DNA of 64,000 nt from positions 224,001 through 288,000 of the forward strand of contig CAVQMO010000012.1 in assembly GCA_963713605.1 (NCBI GenBank), in the 5' to 3' direction. Below the pieces are notes generated by a model. The model was given only the letters and a program-made list of their open reading frames with translations. It was not told the origin of the DNA and did not search any database. Both the position numbers and the translations under genes were made by a program. This document shows, one piece after another, positions 34,362 through 45,004 of the stretch. The number at the start of each line of letters is the position of its first letter. The stretch's first letter is position 1. The DNA is from an uncultured Nitrososphaerales archaeon. GTDB taxonomy: Archaea > Thermoproteota > Nitrososphaeria > Nitrososphaerales > Nitrososphaeraceae.

Positions 34362-34958
34362 GTATTATATATCCAATGTATCACAGATTTAGAAGTGTTC
34401 CAGAACCTTCAAAATGTTAAATAGATGTTACCAAAATAAGGTATTTGATATACCATATATGAGGTAAATTTCTTGATGTAATGGAGGGCAAGAAGAGAAT
34501 AAAAGAAATAATTGGGATATGAGTACAGAAAAAGGATTAACTCTAGAATTGTTAAGCATTAAGATAACTCTTGAAACAAGATATCAAGAAGATAAGAAAC
34601 ATTATTACTTTTACCAATTCATGGTATATGCATGGTTTAGATAAGAGATAACGGCTATGGATGTAGATAGTGTGTTAATAATGACGAGTGCTTACCAGAG
34701 TATTGTTTTTATGAGATCTGCTACATTAAGGATTCGAAAATTATAGAATATTACAACGACGGTTCAGTTCACACTGCTAGATTAGGTCTAATGGAACTTC
34801 GCTCGAATATTGTTAGGATGTTTTTTAAGATGAATAGATCATATTGATTCCTACTAAATGAACGCCTGAAGTATACCTGAATGAAAGCTTGAAGTCGATT
34901 TCGGACTAGACTATCAAAATGCAGTACTATGATAAAATAAATCCTCCTGATAATATCA

Positions 34959-36038
34959 TCATACTTCACGAATAATCTGTGGTGAAGATGCCTTGAATAT
35001 AGCAAAGATACTATCATGTATCTGCAGCCCAAGCTCTGCTCTGGCTAATTCTGTGATCTTAGAGATAAGATGAAACCTGTCAGCTTCTAGATGTACGTCT
35101 ACTCCGCCACCGACTTCATCGTGATTGATAATATTTGTTACCTCAGCTTTAATCATGTTACGAGCACTTGTCCTTATCATTTCTCTTGAAAGAATTATGT
35201 CTTCAGGTTTTACAAGTATTCCTACTCTGCTTCCAATACCATATTGTCCAAGAATTTCAATCATATTTGACCCGGTACTGAAAGTAGTAATTCCAGGCTC
35301 TGATTTTACAACTTTTCCTTCTAAGTAATTAGCCTCATCAAACATGTCAGGAATAAATGGACATCTATTCTCATTTTGATCTAATAAAATGGATTCAATT
35401 CTATTGGTGCACTCAACTTTGCCGTCTTGCAATATTGCGACATAGTCTGCTAGTGCATAAACATCATCTTCAAAGTGAGTTACATAGATAGATGGGACAC
35501 CTCTTCCTATGAGAATCTGTCTAAGCTCTAATCTCAGGATTCGCTTTGTAGGCACGTCTAGGTGTGTAAGAGGTTCGTCCATAAGCATGATCTTTGGGTT
35601 TGTAACAAGCATTCTTGCCAGTGAAACTTTTTGCATCTCACCTCCGCTCAAACCCTGTGTATTTCTATCTATAATATGTAATATGTTGAGATCCTTGAGA
35701 AGCTTTCTAATCTCCAGATCATTTTCCTTCCTGGCTTTCTTTGAAAGTCCAAAGACAACATTTTCATATGAATTCACATTGGGAAATAGACTTGGGTTTT
35801 GAAATGTAATGCCTATCCTTCGAAGATGTATAGGTAGGTTGGTTATATCCAAACCGTCCAACAATATCGAACCAGAATCAGGTTTTAGCAATCCCGTAAT
35901 GAGATTTAGGATAGTTGACTTACCGCTACCTGTGGGTCCAATTATTACTAAAATTTTCGCGTTCTCTATCCTTAGATCTAATGGACCAAGTGTGAATCCA
36001 GGAAATTTCTTTACAATCCCAATAAGCTCAAGTGTCAA
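34959..36038 (-). CDS. Tungstate/molybdate ABC transporter ATPase with TOBE domain (WtpC/ModC-like)
   Basis: GPTGSGKS Walker A, LSGGE, MLMDEP, VTH; C-terminal TSARN...IT..A..ELGL...FKA. Confidence 0.9.
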   Translation of the reverse strand: MTLELIGIVKKFPGFTLGPLDLRIENAKILVIIGPTGSGKSTILNLITGLLKPDSGSILLDGLDITNLPIHLRRIGITFQNPSLFPNVNSYENVVFGLSKKARKENDLEIRKLLKDLNILHIIDRNTQGLSGGEMQKVSLARMLVTNPKIMLMDEPLTHLDVPTKRILRLELRQILIGRGVPSIYVTHFEDDVYALADYVAILQDGKVECTNRIESILLDQNENRCPFIPDMFDEANYLEGKVVKSEPGITTFSTGSNMIEILGQYGIGSRVGILVKPEDIILSREMIRTSARNMIKAEVTNIINHDEVGGGVDVHLEADRFHLISKITELARAELGLQIHDSIFAIFKASSPQIIREV

Positions 36039-36062
36039 CGTGTGATAGTGTTAGAAATATTA

Positions 36063-36863
36063 TTACCGGTCAAGCTTTATTATTTCATATCCTTTATTCT
36101 TCCGGGTAACATAGAAGACAACCATAACCAATATTGGTAAAGTTATAACCAGAAGGATGCCAGGAACAGCCTGAGTTAAGCCTCCAATTGCATTATCTTC
36201 AAAGATTTGGATAGAGATGGTATGTGGGTTATATGTCATCATTATAGTTGCCCCGAGCTCTCCAACTGCTCTGACCCATGACATCATTACACCTACTATT
36301 ATTCCAGTCTTTGCTAATGGAAGTGACACTCTAAAGAAGGTCTGCAGATTATTCTTTCCAAGTACTCTTGCAATATTCTCATAAGTTTTATCAATTGATT
36401 CAAATGCTGCTTGGCTTACAAGAATCATAAATGGGGATGCAACATATGTTTGAGCTATTATAACTCCAAGTATAGATTGTGTAAATTCAACTTGTGGGAA
36501 GGCTTGTATAATAGGAGAAGTCGGACCGAACATTCCTAGAAGAAGGGCTCCGCTTGCAAGTGGAGGCAGAACCAATGGAATAATAATAATAACTCTAAGT
36601 ATGAACTTACCCCGAAAATTAGAATATCTTGCCAAGAGATAAGCGAGTGGAATTCCAAAGAAAGACAGAATGGCTGTGGAAATAGTTGCTGTAATTAAGC
36701 TTAGTATGAAAGCATCCCAAACCCGTGGACGTGTCAGCGATTCCATAATACTCAACGGATCTAGAAAGGTTAGGATTGTAGTAAGGGGAAATAGAATGTA
36801 GGCTAGCGTTATTACGGATAAAACCAGTATTATGACGTTAAAACCTTGGTGTTTTATTTCCAT
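36063..36863 (-). CDS. Tungstate/molybdate ABC permease (WtpB/ModB-like)
   Basis: PLVLPP, QTYVASPF, EAA-like loop (ENIARVLG) and RAVGELGAT. Confidence 0.9.
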   Translation of the reverse strand: MEIKHQGFNVIILVLSVITLAYILFPLTTILTFLDPLSIMESLTRPRVWDAFILSLITATISTAILSFFGIPLAYLLARYSNFRGKFILRVIIIIPLVLPPLASGALLLGMFGPTSPIIQAFPQVEFTQSILGVIIAQTYVASPFMILVSQAAFESIDKTYENIARVLGKNNLQTFFRVSLPLAKTGIIVGVMMSWVRAVGELGATIMMTYNPHTISIQIFEDNAIGGLTQAVPGILLVITLPILVMVVFYVTRKNKGYEIIKLDR

Positions 36864-36938
36864 TGTAGCATCTCATCTCACTCCTGACCACACACTTTTG
36901 ACGTTATGTAGCCTATTCCTTTCAGTTGTGATCTTGTG

Positions 36939-38038
36939 TTATTTTCTGCGACTGAGTGCTCCTGCTGCTGCCATCCATTCCTTTTCTTTTTGTTCTAGTA
37001 CATCCCTTATAACTGAAGGAACCTTTTCCATGTTACCTTCGGTAACAGGGTTAATAAAGTTCAACCCTTGTTCTTCTAGAATACTTTCTCCATTAGGTGA
37101 CAAGATAAATGTGCCAAAAGATATAGCACCATCTAAATTTTTGACCGTATTGGGTATTGTAAATGAGAAGTATATTGGTTCTCCAAAGACTGTTTAACCC
37201 TCACCATTTTGTAAAGTGTATGAGGCTGTCTTGTAGAGATTAGAAAATGTAGGATCAGCTAGATTGATCTCTGGCGGTGGTGTAATATATGGAAGCCCTC
37301 TAGCCACCGTCTCGTGTTTATACGCTGCCACTGCGTCCAGTTGACCTTGTTCCAGAATTGTTTTGAGTGTTTCTTCTGGGAAGATCTGTGTTGGATTTCG
37401 ATCATCTCCTAATGTTATTTGTGTTATTCCTGTGTCGTTATAATATGAGTTGGAAAGCTCTGCAGTTATGATCATATAATATCCCTTTGGATCAAGCTCA
37501 GGATCCGTTCTTCCAAACTTGAGATCTGGATTAGATAGAACCTCATACCACGGAATTTCTCCTGTACGAGCTTTCTCTAGGTCATTAAAGAAACGGCTGT
37601 GGGGTGAGTAAGCTATTACCATCTCTGCAGAGCCGAACTTCACTAGCCAATTAACAAGAGGATTAGTAGCATTCATTAGCTTTACTACTGGAATAGTACC
37701 TGCACTCACAAAAATATCAGGTCTGCTTAATCCATCAAGTATCATATTTGTTATTTGTACCAATCCACGAGCTTCTCCTTGATATGGGTATCCACTGTCG
37801 GCTTGAAATGCTGCCCTATACTTTCTTCAAAAGTCTTCAGGAGAGAAGCTGCGTACATGACGGAGACCGGATCTCCTTGTTGAATAGGAGAGGTCTGACT
37901 GTTATTCGATGTCGTTGCGTTGACAATCCAGCCATTCGATGAAGTGTAAAATACTGCAAGAGTAATAAATGTCAGTATAAGGATAACAGATACTAGTCTA
38001 GTAGTATTAGCAGTTCCACCGCTTTTAATATTTTTCAA
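36939..38038 (-). CDS. Tungstate/molybdate ABC substrate-binding protein (WtpA/ModA-like), several frameshifts
   Basis: YAASL, PDIFVSA, FGRTDPELDPKGY, GQLDAVAAYKHE and PEINL; C-terminal PIYFSFTIP in the next frame. Confidence 0.85.
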
Positions 38039-38442
38039 CTAGGAATGTAGTTATTAGTCTTCCTAACAAAAAGTGAAAGCTAGCCAACGGTTATCTTCAA
38101 GGAATTGTTTCTTATTAAACCTGTATACTAGAAGGCTAGATTTAAGAATCGGCTCTGATGCTTCCAAAATCTTATTGTGCAAGGTGGTCCATCACGATTT
38201 GTTTCAATGGTTGTGCTTTGCCACATAGTATGTCCAACTACAAGGATCATGATAATTGCAATCAGGATTGCCGTTATTATTGGTACTATGTTAGGTGCCA
38301 TATATTCATAGAACAAATTGAGAAAGCTCAACACGCGAAGTAATCTAATGATCTCTAAGCTATTCTATTGTAAAATAACAAATAGAGAATGAATTGATAC
38401 CCTATAAAGGTTATATAGTTAATCAGTCACCTTTTATCTCGC

Positions 38443-39558
38443 ATGTATTTTATTCCTCTCAAGAGATCTCTTGCTTTTATGATTCTGAGTATCACTTTGA
38501 GTATTACTTTATCTGCACATACGCCGTTTGTAGGTGGGAACCATGCGATTCATGCAACTGTCGTCACGGCTACAACGAATAATCAAGCAATTTCTAATGC
38601 GAATGCTAATGTAACTGCCACAAGCGCCATTATCTCTGATTTATTTTAACAAGGTTAAAGATTCAGTTGTTGAGATAGTCACTGTAGGTAATGTAATTAA
38701 TCCAAAAATTACTATCGATGGGGCTCCTCTGGTATACGGTGGTGGTGGTTCTGGCTCTGGCTTTGTCTATGACATAAATGGGAATATAGCTACAAACTAT
38801 CACGTGACGCAGGGAGCAGATGTTATTTATGTCAGGTTCTCTAGCGGTAATAGCTACTCAGCAACAATAATTGGTGAAGATCCATATTCTGATCTAGCCG
38901 TAATACAGGTTGACTCATCTGCATTATTCAGAGAAAATCTAAAACCATTGCGTATTGAAAATTCATCAGACGTACATGTTGGACAACAAGTGTTTGCAAT
39001 TGGTAGCCCACGAGGCCTCACCCTTTCCGTAAGCGAAGGCATAATTAGCCAGATCAATAGAATAGACCTAAATATAATAACTGGTAGGTTTTGGACAGGG
39101 GGGCTCATTCAGACAGATGCAGCCATAAATCCTGGTAATTCAGGTGGGCCTCTCTTAAATCTAGAGGGTGATGTTATTGGAGTGAACGAATACGGTTTAG
39201 TCGACATAGCAACTGGAGCATCCGAACAAGGATTAAACTTTGCCATAGGGCCTACCACAATTCAAAGAGTAGGACCCTAAACTGATTTCACAGGGTACAT
39301 ATGAGCATCCATGGCTTGGCATAGAAGTTGCAGATGTTACTCCACTGTTTGCAGACTCACTTGGTTTATCGGAAGCTGAGAGGAATATTTATAAAAAGTG
39401 TAACTCCAGAAGGTCATGCAGTGAAAGCTGGTATAACTCCATTTAATATTATCTTTTCAGTTGACGGTAACGTTGTGAAAGACGAATCAGAGCTTATTGA
39501 TTATATAGAAAACAGTAAACTACCTGGTGATGAAATATCTTTGAATATAATTACATAG
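38443..39558 (+). CDS. htrA: HtrA/DegP-type S1C serine protease with PDZ, several frameshifts
   Basis: GSGFVYD, TNYHV, DLAV, QTDAAINPGNSGGPL and HPWLG; broken at ~38645, ~39277 and ~39380. Confidence 0.88.
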
Positions 39559-39664
39559 AAGTGATATTACTTCAGTTCTAGAACAGAGGGAGGAGCCTTT
39601 CTAATATTCGTTTGACTCAGTTGTTGGTAACAACATGATACACGAATACTTATATCATAATATC

Positions 39665-39691
39665 ATAAGCACATAAATAATATGTGCTTAT
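39665..39691. promoter_or_regulatory. Perfect 11-bp inverted repeat upstream of integrase
   Basis: ATAAGCACATA-AATAA-TATGTGCTTAT. Confidence 0.6.
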
Positions 39692-39722
39692 ATGTAACTG
39701 GCTATCGTAAATCGTATGGATA

Positions 39723-40724
39723 TTGCTTATGCTTATGAAAATAGTTCTCTTTGATAGAAAAATCGAAAATGCCACTTCAGGCCTAGAACCAGCGTATAAG
39801 AAAATTCTTCAAAGGATATCAAAAAAGAATGCTGCAATCATAGCTGACTATATTACTACGATGGAAACGGAGATCAATCCTTCAAATCATTACAAGAAAC
39901 ATGTAATTATACTTTTGTGCAAATTTTCTTAACATAATAACGATAAGCCATTTGAACAGATAACAAGACAAGATGTGATAGCGTATCTAGACAGTTTTAG
40001 AAAACCTGAAACAGTTGATCCCTTACACAAATGGATTGGCACTTACAATTTGTATGGGATCTATTTTCTACGTTTCTTTAAATGGTTGTATTATCCTGAC
40101 GTTGAACCGAACAAAAGAGTAAGACCATCGGTAGTAGAAAACATCCCGCAGTTAAAAAGAAAAGAACAATCCATATACAAACCATCAGATCTCTGGTCGC
40201 AAGAAGATGATCTTCTATTTTTGGGATATTGTCCATCTAAGAGAATAAAATGTTATCATGCTATGTCTAGAGACACTGGCTGTAGACCACACGAATTGTT
40301 AAAGTTAAGAATTAAGGACATCGTATTCAAGATCTTAGGAGATAAACAATATGCAGAGGTTCTACTAACAGGCAAGACAGGTTCCAGACATATACCGCTT
40401 ATAGATTCTCTGCCTTACATTAAGGACTATTTAGACCATGAACACCCGCAACCAACCAATTTTGATGTGCCGCTAATTGCTGGAACAAGAAAGGGTCTGG
40501 GAAGACCGATAGGTGTTAGCCATCTTCATAAGATCTATGACAACTATAAGAAAGATCTATTTCCCAAACTGCTTCAGAATCCTGTTAGTGTTCCGACAGC
40601 AGATAAGCTAAGAATTAGAGATTTATTAAGAAAGCCGTGGAATCCCTACATCCAAAGCGCATTAAGCGCGTGGAATACACTACGTATGGTAAACCTCGTA
40701 AGAGTTGCCGCCATTTACCATTAG
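39723..40724 (+). pseudogene. Tyrosine recombinase/integrase with in-frame TAA (39930-39932) and missing C-terminal catalytic part
   Basis: DTGCRPHELLKL (first Arg), GKTG.R and KPWNPYI, after which homology appears to stop; the RH motif, GW and catalytic Tyr are absent. ORFs 39723 and 39975 share a frame. Confidence 0.88.
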
Positions 40725-40759
40725 TTCTGAGAGCACGCCTTATTTAACTTGATACGCGG

Positions 40760-41935
40760 TTATTTTGCAAACTTCTGATAAACTGTCTTAGTGCATATGC
40801 TGCTTTCTCCTACCCCTTTGATAGATTTCTTTTCTCCTTGATATGAGATGAGGATCACTTCTAAACTGTTTATTTTTGCTGCTGTATCAAATTCTGAGGG
40901 TTTGATTTCCTCAATGTTGTATCTGTCATCAAGTAACTTCTCAAATTCAGATAGAATTGTACAGATAGAGTCTTTTACTCTTGTAATATAATAGCATTTA
41001 TTACATTGCTTACCACAATAACCATGAATAGTCATTGCTGGCACATTATACTCGTGCTTGCATACTTCTTGTTCTTTCCATTTCTTATGCATATATTTCA
41101 GATGTTCTTTAAATGATGACAGCTCATTGGATAATCTCTTGTCTATTTTTTCAAGTTCATAGGCCATTAACGGATATATATGAACAAAAGATCGCCTTAA
41201 TTCATTGATTGTATCTTTTTCGAGAATATAGCGAGGCCTTTTTTCCAAATATTTTATCTTATCTTCATAAGTGAGAGGATAGTCACCAACACTCTTGTAG
41301 ACCGAGTCTTTAAAAACAGACATTGCATATGGTATTATCGTCAATACAGCTTTACGAACCATTTCCTCAAGTAAGAAATCAGTTGATCTATTTGATGTTA
41401 ATTTAATTCTATTAACGTCCATAATCTGAATAAGAAAGTATGTTATGAAAGCACCAACCTTATTAGAAAATTCGAACAGGCTACGTTCTAGTTCGCTGCT
41501 TTCATCAAATTTAGGCTCGAAATAGCGTCTATAAATGGTAAAGTCTTTGCAATGAGATGGAAAAGGAATTATATATTCGACTTTTCTGTCAGTTGTAACT
41601 ATAAGATCTTTTGTTAAAATATTTTTTCTAAAGTTATTTCCAAAAAGATAGGCATTTAATAATTGATCTTTGTATGCTTCTTCTGTAGGAAAATACTTAT
41701 CTTGTAGGCCTTTGCCTTTTTTAACCAACCCTTCCTTTATTAACTCTTTTATATATGGCCTTAAATTCTTTGGATCAAGATCTATCTCATTAGATAGTTG
41801 ATCATGTGATATGCCACCTCTCATGCCGTAGATTCTTATGATTTCTAGAATTGTATTCTTCTTTTCATGTCTGTACTCGTCAAGATAATTTTTCTTGTTT
41901 CTATATTCAATCCGATTCCAATCTGTATGTCGCAT
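40760..41935 (-). CDS. Large wHTH-domain protein with C-terminal Cys cluster
   Basis: ISHDQLSNEIDLDPKNLRPYIKELIKEGLV wHTH; CKH...CGKQCNKC. Start taken at ATG 41935 (the track starts at 41968). Confidence 0.75.
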   Translation of the reverse strand: MRHTDWNRIEYRNKKNYLDEYRHEKKNTILEIIRIYGMRGGISHDQLSNEIDLDPKNLRPYIKELIKEGLVKKGKGLQDKYFPTEEAYKDQLLNAYLFGNNFRKNILTKDLIVTTDRKVEYIIPFPSHCKDFTIYRRYFEPKFDESSELERSLFEFSNKVGAFITYFLIQIMDVNRIKLTSNRSTDFLLEEMVRKAVLTIIPYAMSVFKDSVYKSVGDYPLTYEDKIKYLEKRPRYILEKDTINELRRSFVHIYPLMAYELEKIDKRLSNELSSFKEHLKYMHKKWKEQEVCKHEYNVPAMTIHGYCGKQCNKCYYITRVKDSICTILSEFEKLLDDRYNIEEIKPSEFDTAAKINSLEVILISYQGEKKSIKGVGESSICTKTVYQKFAK

Positions 41936-41944
41936 CAGAGTACG

Positions 41945-41974
41945 CCCGAATGATTCGGGTGGTATCACCCGAAT
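41945..41974. promoter_or_regulatory. Nested palindromic operator between divergent genes
   Basis: CCCGAAT-G-ATTCGGG-TGGTATCA-CCCGAAT: three copies of a 7-mer in alternating orientation. Confidence 0.6.
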
Positions 41975-42004
41975 TTATAGTCTACTAATACATGACTTAC
42001 CATT

Positions 42005-42169
42005 ATGTCACGTGAATATGAGATTAGAACCGTTCAGGCATTAACAGGAGAAAGAAGTCTGACTCTAGTTCTACCAAAACAATATGCAATAGGCTTAGGA
42101 TTAAAGAAGGGCGATTTCGTGAAGGTTCGTCTACAGAATGACTCTATCGTTATAATGAAGGCAGGATGA
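42005..42169 (+). CDS. AbrB/MazE/SpoVT-family DNA-binding protein (54 aa, missed by the ORF track)
   Basis: MSREYEIRTVQALTGERSLTLVLPKQYAIGLGLKKGDFVKVRLQNDSIVIMKAG. Confidence 0.85.
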   Translation: MSREYEIRTVQALTGERSLTLVLPKQYAIGLGLKKGDFVKVRLQNDSIVIMKAG

Positions 42170-42302
42170 ATGCACTTGGAAAAAAAGAACTACGATATAC
42201 AATTCACATTACTTAATCATAATATAGGACAAGCGTATTTCTCGCCAATATTCAATGACACTTCAGTGACAGTGACAGGTTACCCTAGTATCTACGTTAA
42301 AA

Positions 42303-43256
42303 GTGTTAGAAGGCTATGTTAGAGCTTTGAGTGGTCTAAGCGATGTCATGATATTGCACATTCATCATTTAATTCATGAGGAACATAGACCTTTTTCTTA
42401 TTTAGACTTCATGAAATTTCAGGTGAATGATGAAGAGTATAGAATGGCACACGGTACGTTTCGAAACAATATCTCCCGGCTAAGAAAAGAAGGTTTGATC
42501 GAAATTTCATACAAGTCTAGCATTGTTTTCTATACCCTTAGAGGCATAAAATTTGGTAAAGCTAGCAGAATAGCAATGACAGATGACCATACGGTGGTCA
42601 CACCTCACATAACACAGCATCTGAGCAGTAATCTCGTTTATCGAATTATCAAAGACCTACCACTGGAAAAGAATTCTGTTCACGATATACGATTGAAGTT
42701 TAATGTCCCAGAATTATATCGTATCATTGTTTCCCAAACCACTCATTCTTTGAGTCACGACTATACTATTAATCCTGTTAACAAAGACCTCTCTCTGCCG
42801 GTATGGCAGATACAGAATCTTGATGTAAGAATCGTAATACATAAGACAAACACGGTCAGCGTTATCATAGGATGCTCTTATAGTCCGATAGCCATCGATA
42901 TTGCAGGCGTAATACGGCTTACGAATGCTCTCGCAGTTGTTCAAGAAAGACTATCAAGACTAGTATCTCAGGATTATAGCGATCCAGGTGATGTCAATAA
43001 GATTCCTGATTATATGGAGTGGGTTGTGACTATGTGGCACTTTGGTGCAGATGCTTCTGTAGAGTATACTGGGGAAAGATTCTCTGTAACTTGGGGAATA
43101 GCACAAGATGCAATAATTCGTGTCTACAGCAAAACTATGAGGGATAATAGGACAAGAATAAGGCTGGAAAGGCAAGAATATCCTAGGATTACTTTAGCAC
43201 TCGCTCTTGAACAGAAGATCAATCACAACCACGATCAATGGTCTGGAGGCGAATAG
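42303..43256 (+). CDS. wHTH-containing protein, possible replication initiator (Rep_trans-like motifs)
   Basis: N-terminal GTFRNNISRLRKEGLIE...FYTL wHTH; C-terminal TMWHFGAD...EYTG...IRVYSK...IRLE. The ORF is well supported, the function is inferred. Confidence 0.6.
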   Translation: MLEGYVRALSGLSDVMILHIHHLIHEEHRPFSYLDFMKFQVNDEEYRMAHGTFRNNISRLRKEGLIEISYKSSIVFYTLRGIKFGKASRIAMTDDHTVVTPHITQHLSSNLVYRIIKDLPLEKNSVHDIRLKFNVPELYRIIVSQTTHSLSHDYTINPVNKDLSLPVWQIQNLDVRIVIHKTNTVSVIIGCSYSPIAIDIAGVIRLTNALAVVQERLSRLVSQDYSDPGDVNKIPDYMEWVVTMWHFGADASVEYTGERFSVTWGIAQDAIIRVYSKTMRDNRTRIRLERQEYPRITLALALEQKINHNHDQWSGGE

Positions 43257-43262
43257 AAGTCC

Positions 43263-44122
43263 ATGCATAATAGAATTCACGATTCTTTGGAGGAGAACAA
43301 TACCCCAAGTTATTCAGAACAAGAACAAGGATCAAAACCGGAACAATTCACAAGGGAAAAGAAGCCTCTACCTGAAAATGTAACCGAATACATTCAGAAA
43401 GTGAGGGATGAACTCAAGAAATATGAGGAAAACAAGGAGTTCTATGAGACAAGACGTAAAAAAGAGATTATTCTTGATCTAGCGCTCTTCTTGAAGAGCA
43501 TCGATATCCTAAGGATTTGCTTCGATCTATATTAGCTCGTGAGTTGGGAGATTACATTAGCACAAGATATATTGAAAAGATTCTTGCAGAAAAATATCTA
43601 GACAAGAAGGAAGACAAGGAACAATCTACTAGTCAAATCGCGAACAATACGCGAAATGACAATAAGATTCCTATAGAAATATCATCTTCAGGCGAGAGCA
43701 TAATTGTCAATGGAATAGATGATCAAGGCAACAACAATCCCAATCTGCATGAAGCAAGTGATCTGAGCTTAGATGTACCAACAGAAGTCAAATCAGATAT
43801 AGTACTACAAGTAGAGCAAGACACAGGGGATATAATTAGAGTCTTACAAACGCAAGTAAGTGATTTACAAATGAAGTGTTCCCAATTTGAAGAGTTAGCT
43901 AATAAGGGTTCGATATGGAAAGAGAAGTATATTCGATTACAAAAAGAACTAGAACTATCAAAAACTAACGGAACGAAAATTATAAAGGGAAAGACCGAGA
44001 TCGAATTCGGTTCTGAATTTCTTCCACTTAGAGTTGAATATGATCCTCAGACGAATCAGTTTTCGGCATGGTTTCCACAGGGAGTAATTGAACGGCTATT
44101 AGCTGTACTAAAACGTAGATGA
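43263..44122 (+). CDS. Hypothetical protein with HTH-like segment and coiled coil (frameshift at ~43493)
   Basis: Restoring one G joins the two ORFs as KKEIILDLALFLEEHRYPKDLLRSILARELGDYISTRYIEKIL. Confidence 0.65.
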
Positions 44123-44225
44123 TGGATTTAGATCAAATTCTTTAGTTTAAAATGATTGAGTAACTGGATATTACCATAATACAGTAACGTGGCAAGTGTA
44201 ACACCTGTAACAATAGAATACAATT

Positions 44226-44909
44226 TTGGTTGACCTCATGAAAGATAACATTGTCAAGAAGACCCCAAATGTAGTGACGACAAAATACTCTGCATTCTTC
44301 CTAGATAATGTTACAGGAGTAGTCTATGTCACTTGTGATTCCCCTCAATATGCTTCAGGCCAGATACGCATGCGTGGCAGAACGAACGGTCAGTATCCGT
44401 TTGGATACAAAAAAATGTTGGAAGAAATTTTCGGTAAATGCAGCTCATATGGAGAAGAGATTGAGGTTTGTTCTGGCTGGGTTAAGAATAGACCAAACTT
44501 AATGACAGTTGACATAAATCCAGACAGAAATCCTGTTCATGTTGGAGATGGTCAATCTCTGCCCGGAGGTTGGAGCAACCGATTTGAAAGATGGTCTAGT
44601 GATCCTCCATATAATAAACGGACTGCTGAGAAGATGTATGGAACCCCGTTACCATCGTGGTCAAAATTGCTGACTGAAGGTGCTAGAGTGACGAAGCCTG
44701 GAGGGTTGTTGTTCTTGCTCTTGGGAGATGTAAATTTTCAATGGCATCCAGAAGGAACAACTAGGATAGGATGGCTTGTTCTAAGTATTATCCCGAATCA
44801 AGAAGCAAGGGCAATCCACATCTATCTGAAAAATGCTGATGCAATAACGAGAAGTTCAGTTCAGAAGAAAACCAAGTATCATATTCAGACTTTAAACTCG
44901 TACCTCTAA
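44226..44909 (+). CDS. Solitary amino-methyltransferase (N6-A/N4-C type)
   Basis: EVCSG (motif I-like), VDIN, GDG, SDPPY catalytic motif IV and RVTKPGG. Confidence 0.75.
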   Translation: MVDLMKDNIVKKTPNVVTTKYSAFFLDNVTGVVYVTCDSPQYASGQIRMRGRTNGQYPFGYKKMLEEIFGKCSSYGEEIEVCSGWVKNRPNLMTVDINPDRNPVHVGDGQSLPGGWSNRFERWSSDPPYNKRTAEKMYGTPLPSWSKLLTEGARVTKPGGLLFLLLGDVNFQWHPEGTTRIGWLVLSIIPNQEARAIHIYLKNADAITRSSVQKKTKYHIQTLNSYL

Positions 44910-45004
44910 TAGTCAGATGAGTCACATATGCCAATCATGCCCCTGCCTCTCTCCTCTTCTACAGGAATGTATTGCCGAGGAAAATATTTTGTGACCATAT
45001 TTTT

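Noticed and set aside
38040..38130. Possible Moco/Wco riboswitch upstream of the oxyanion ABC operon
   Set aside because: No recognisable conserved structure by eye; an Infernal search would be needed.
42005..42169. Toxin-antitoxin module around the AbrB/MazE gene
   Set aside because: No PIN/VapC, MazF or other toxin ORF is adjacent.
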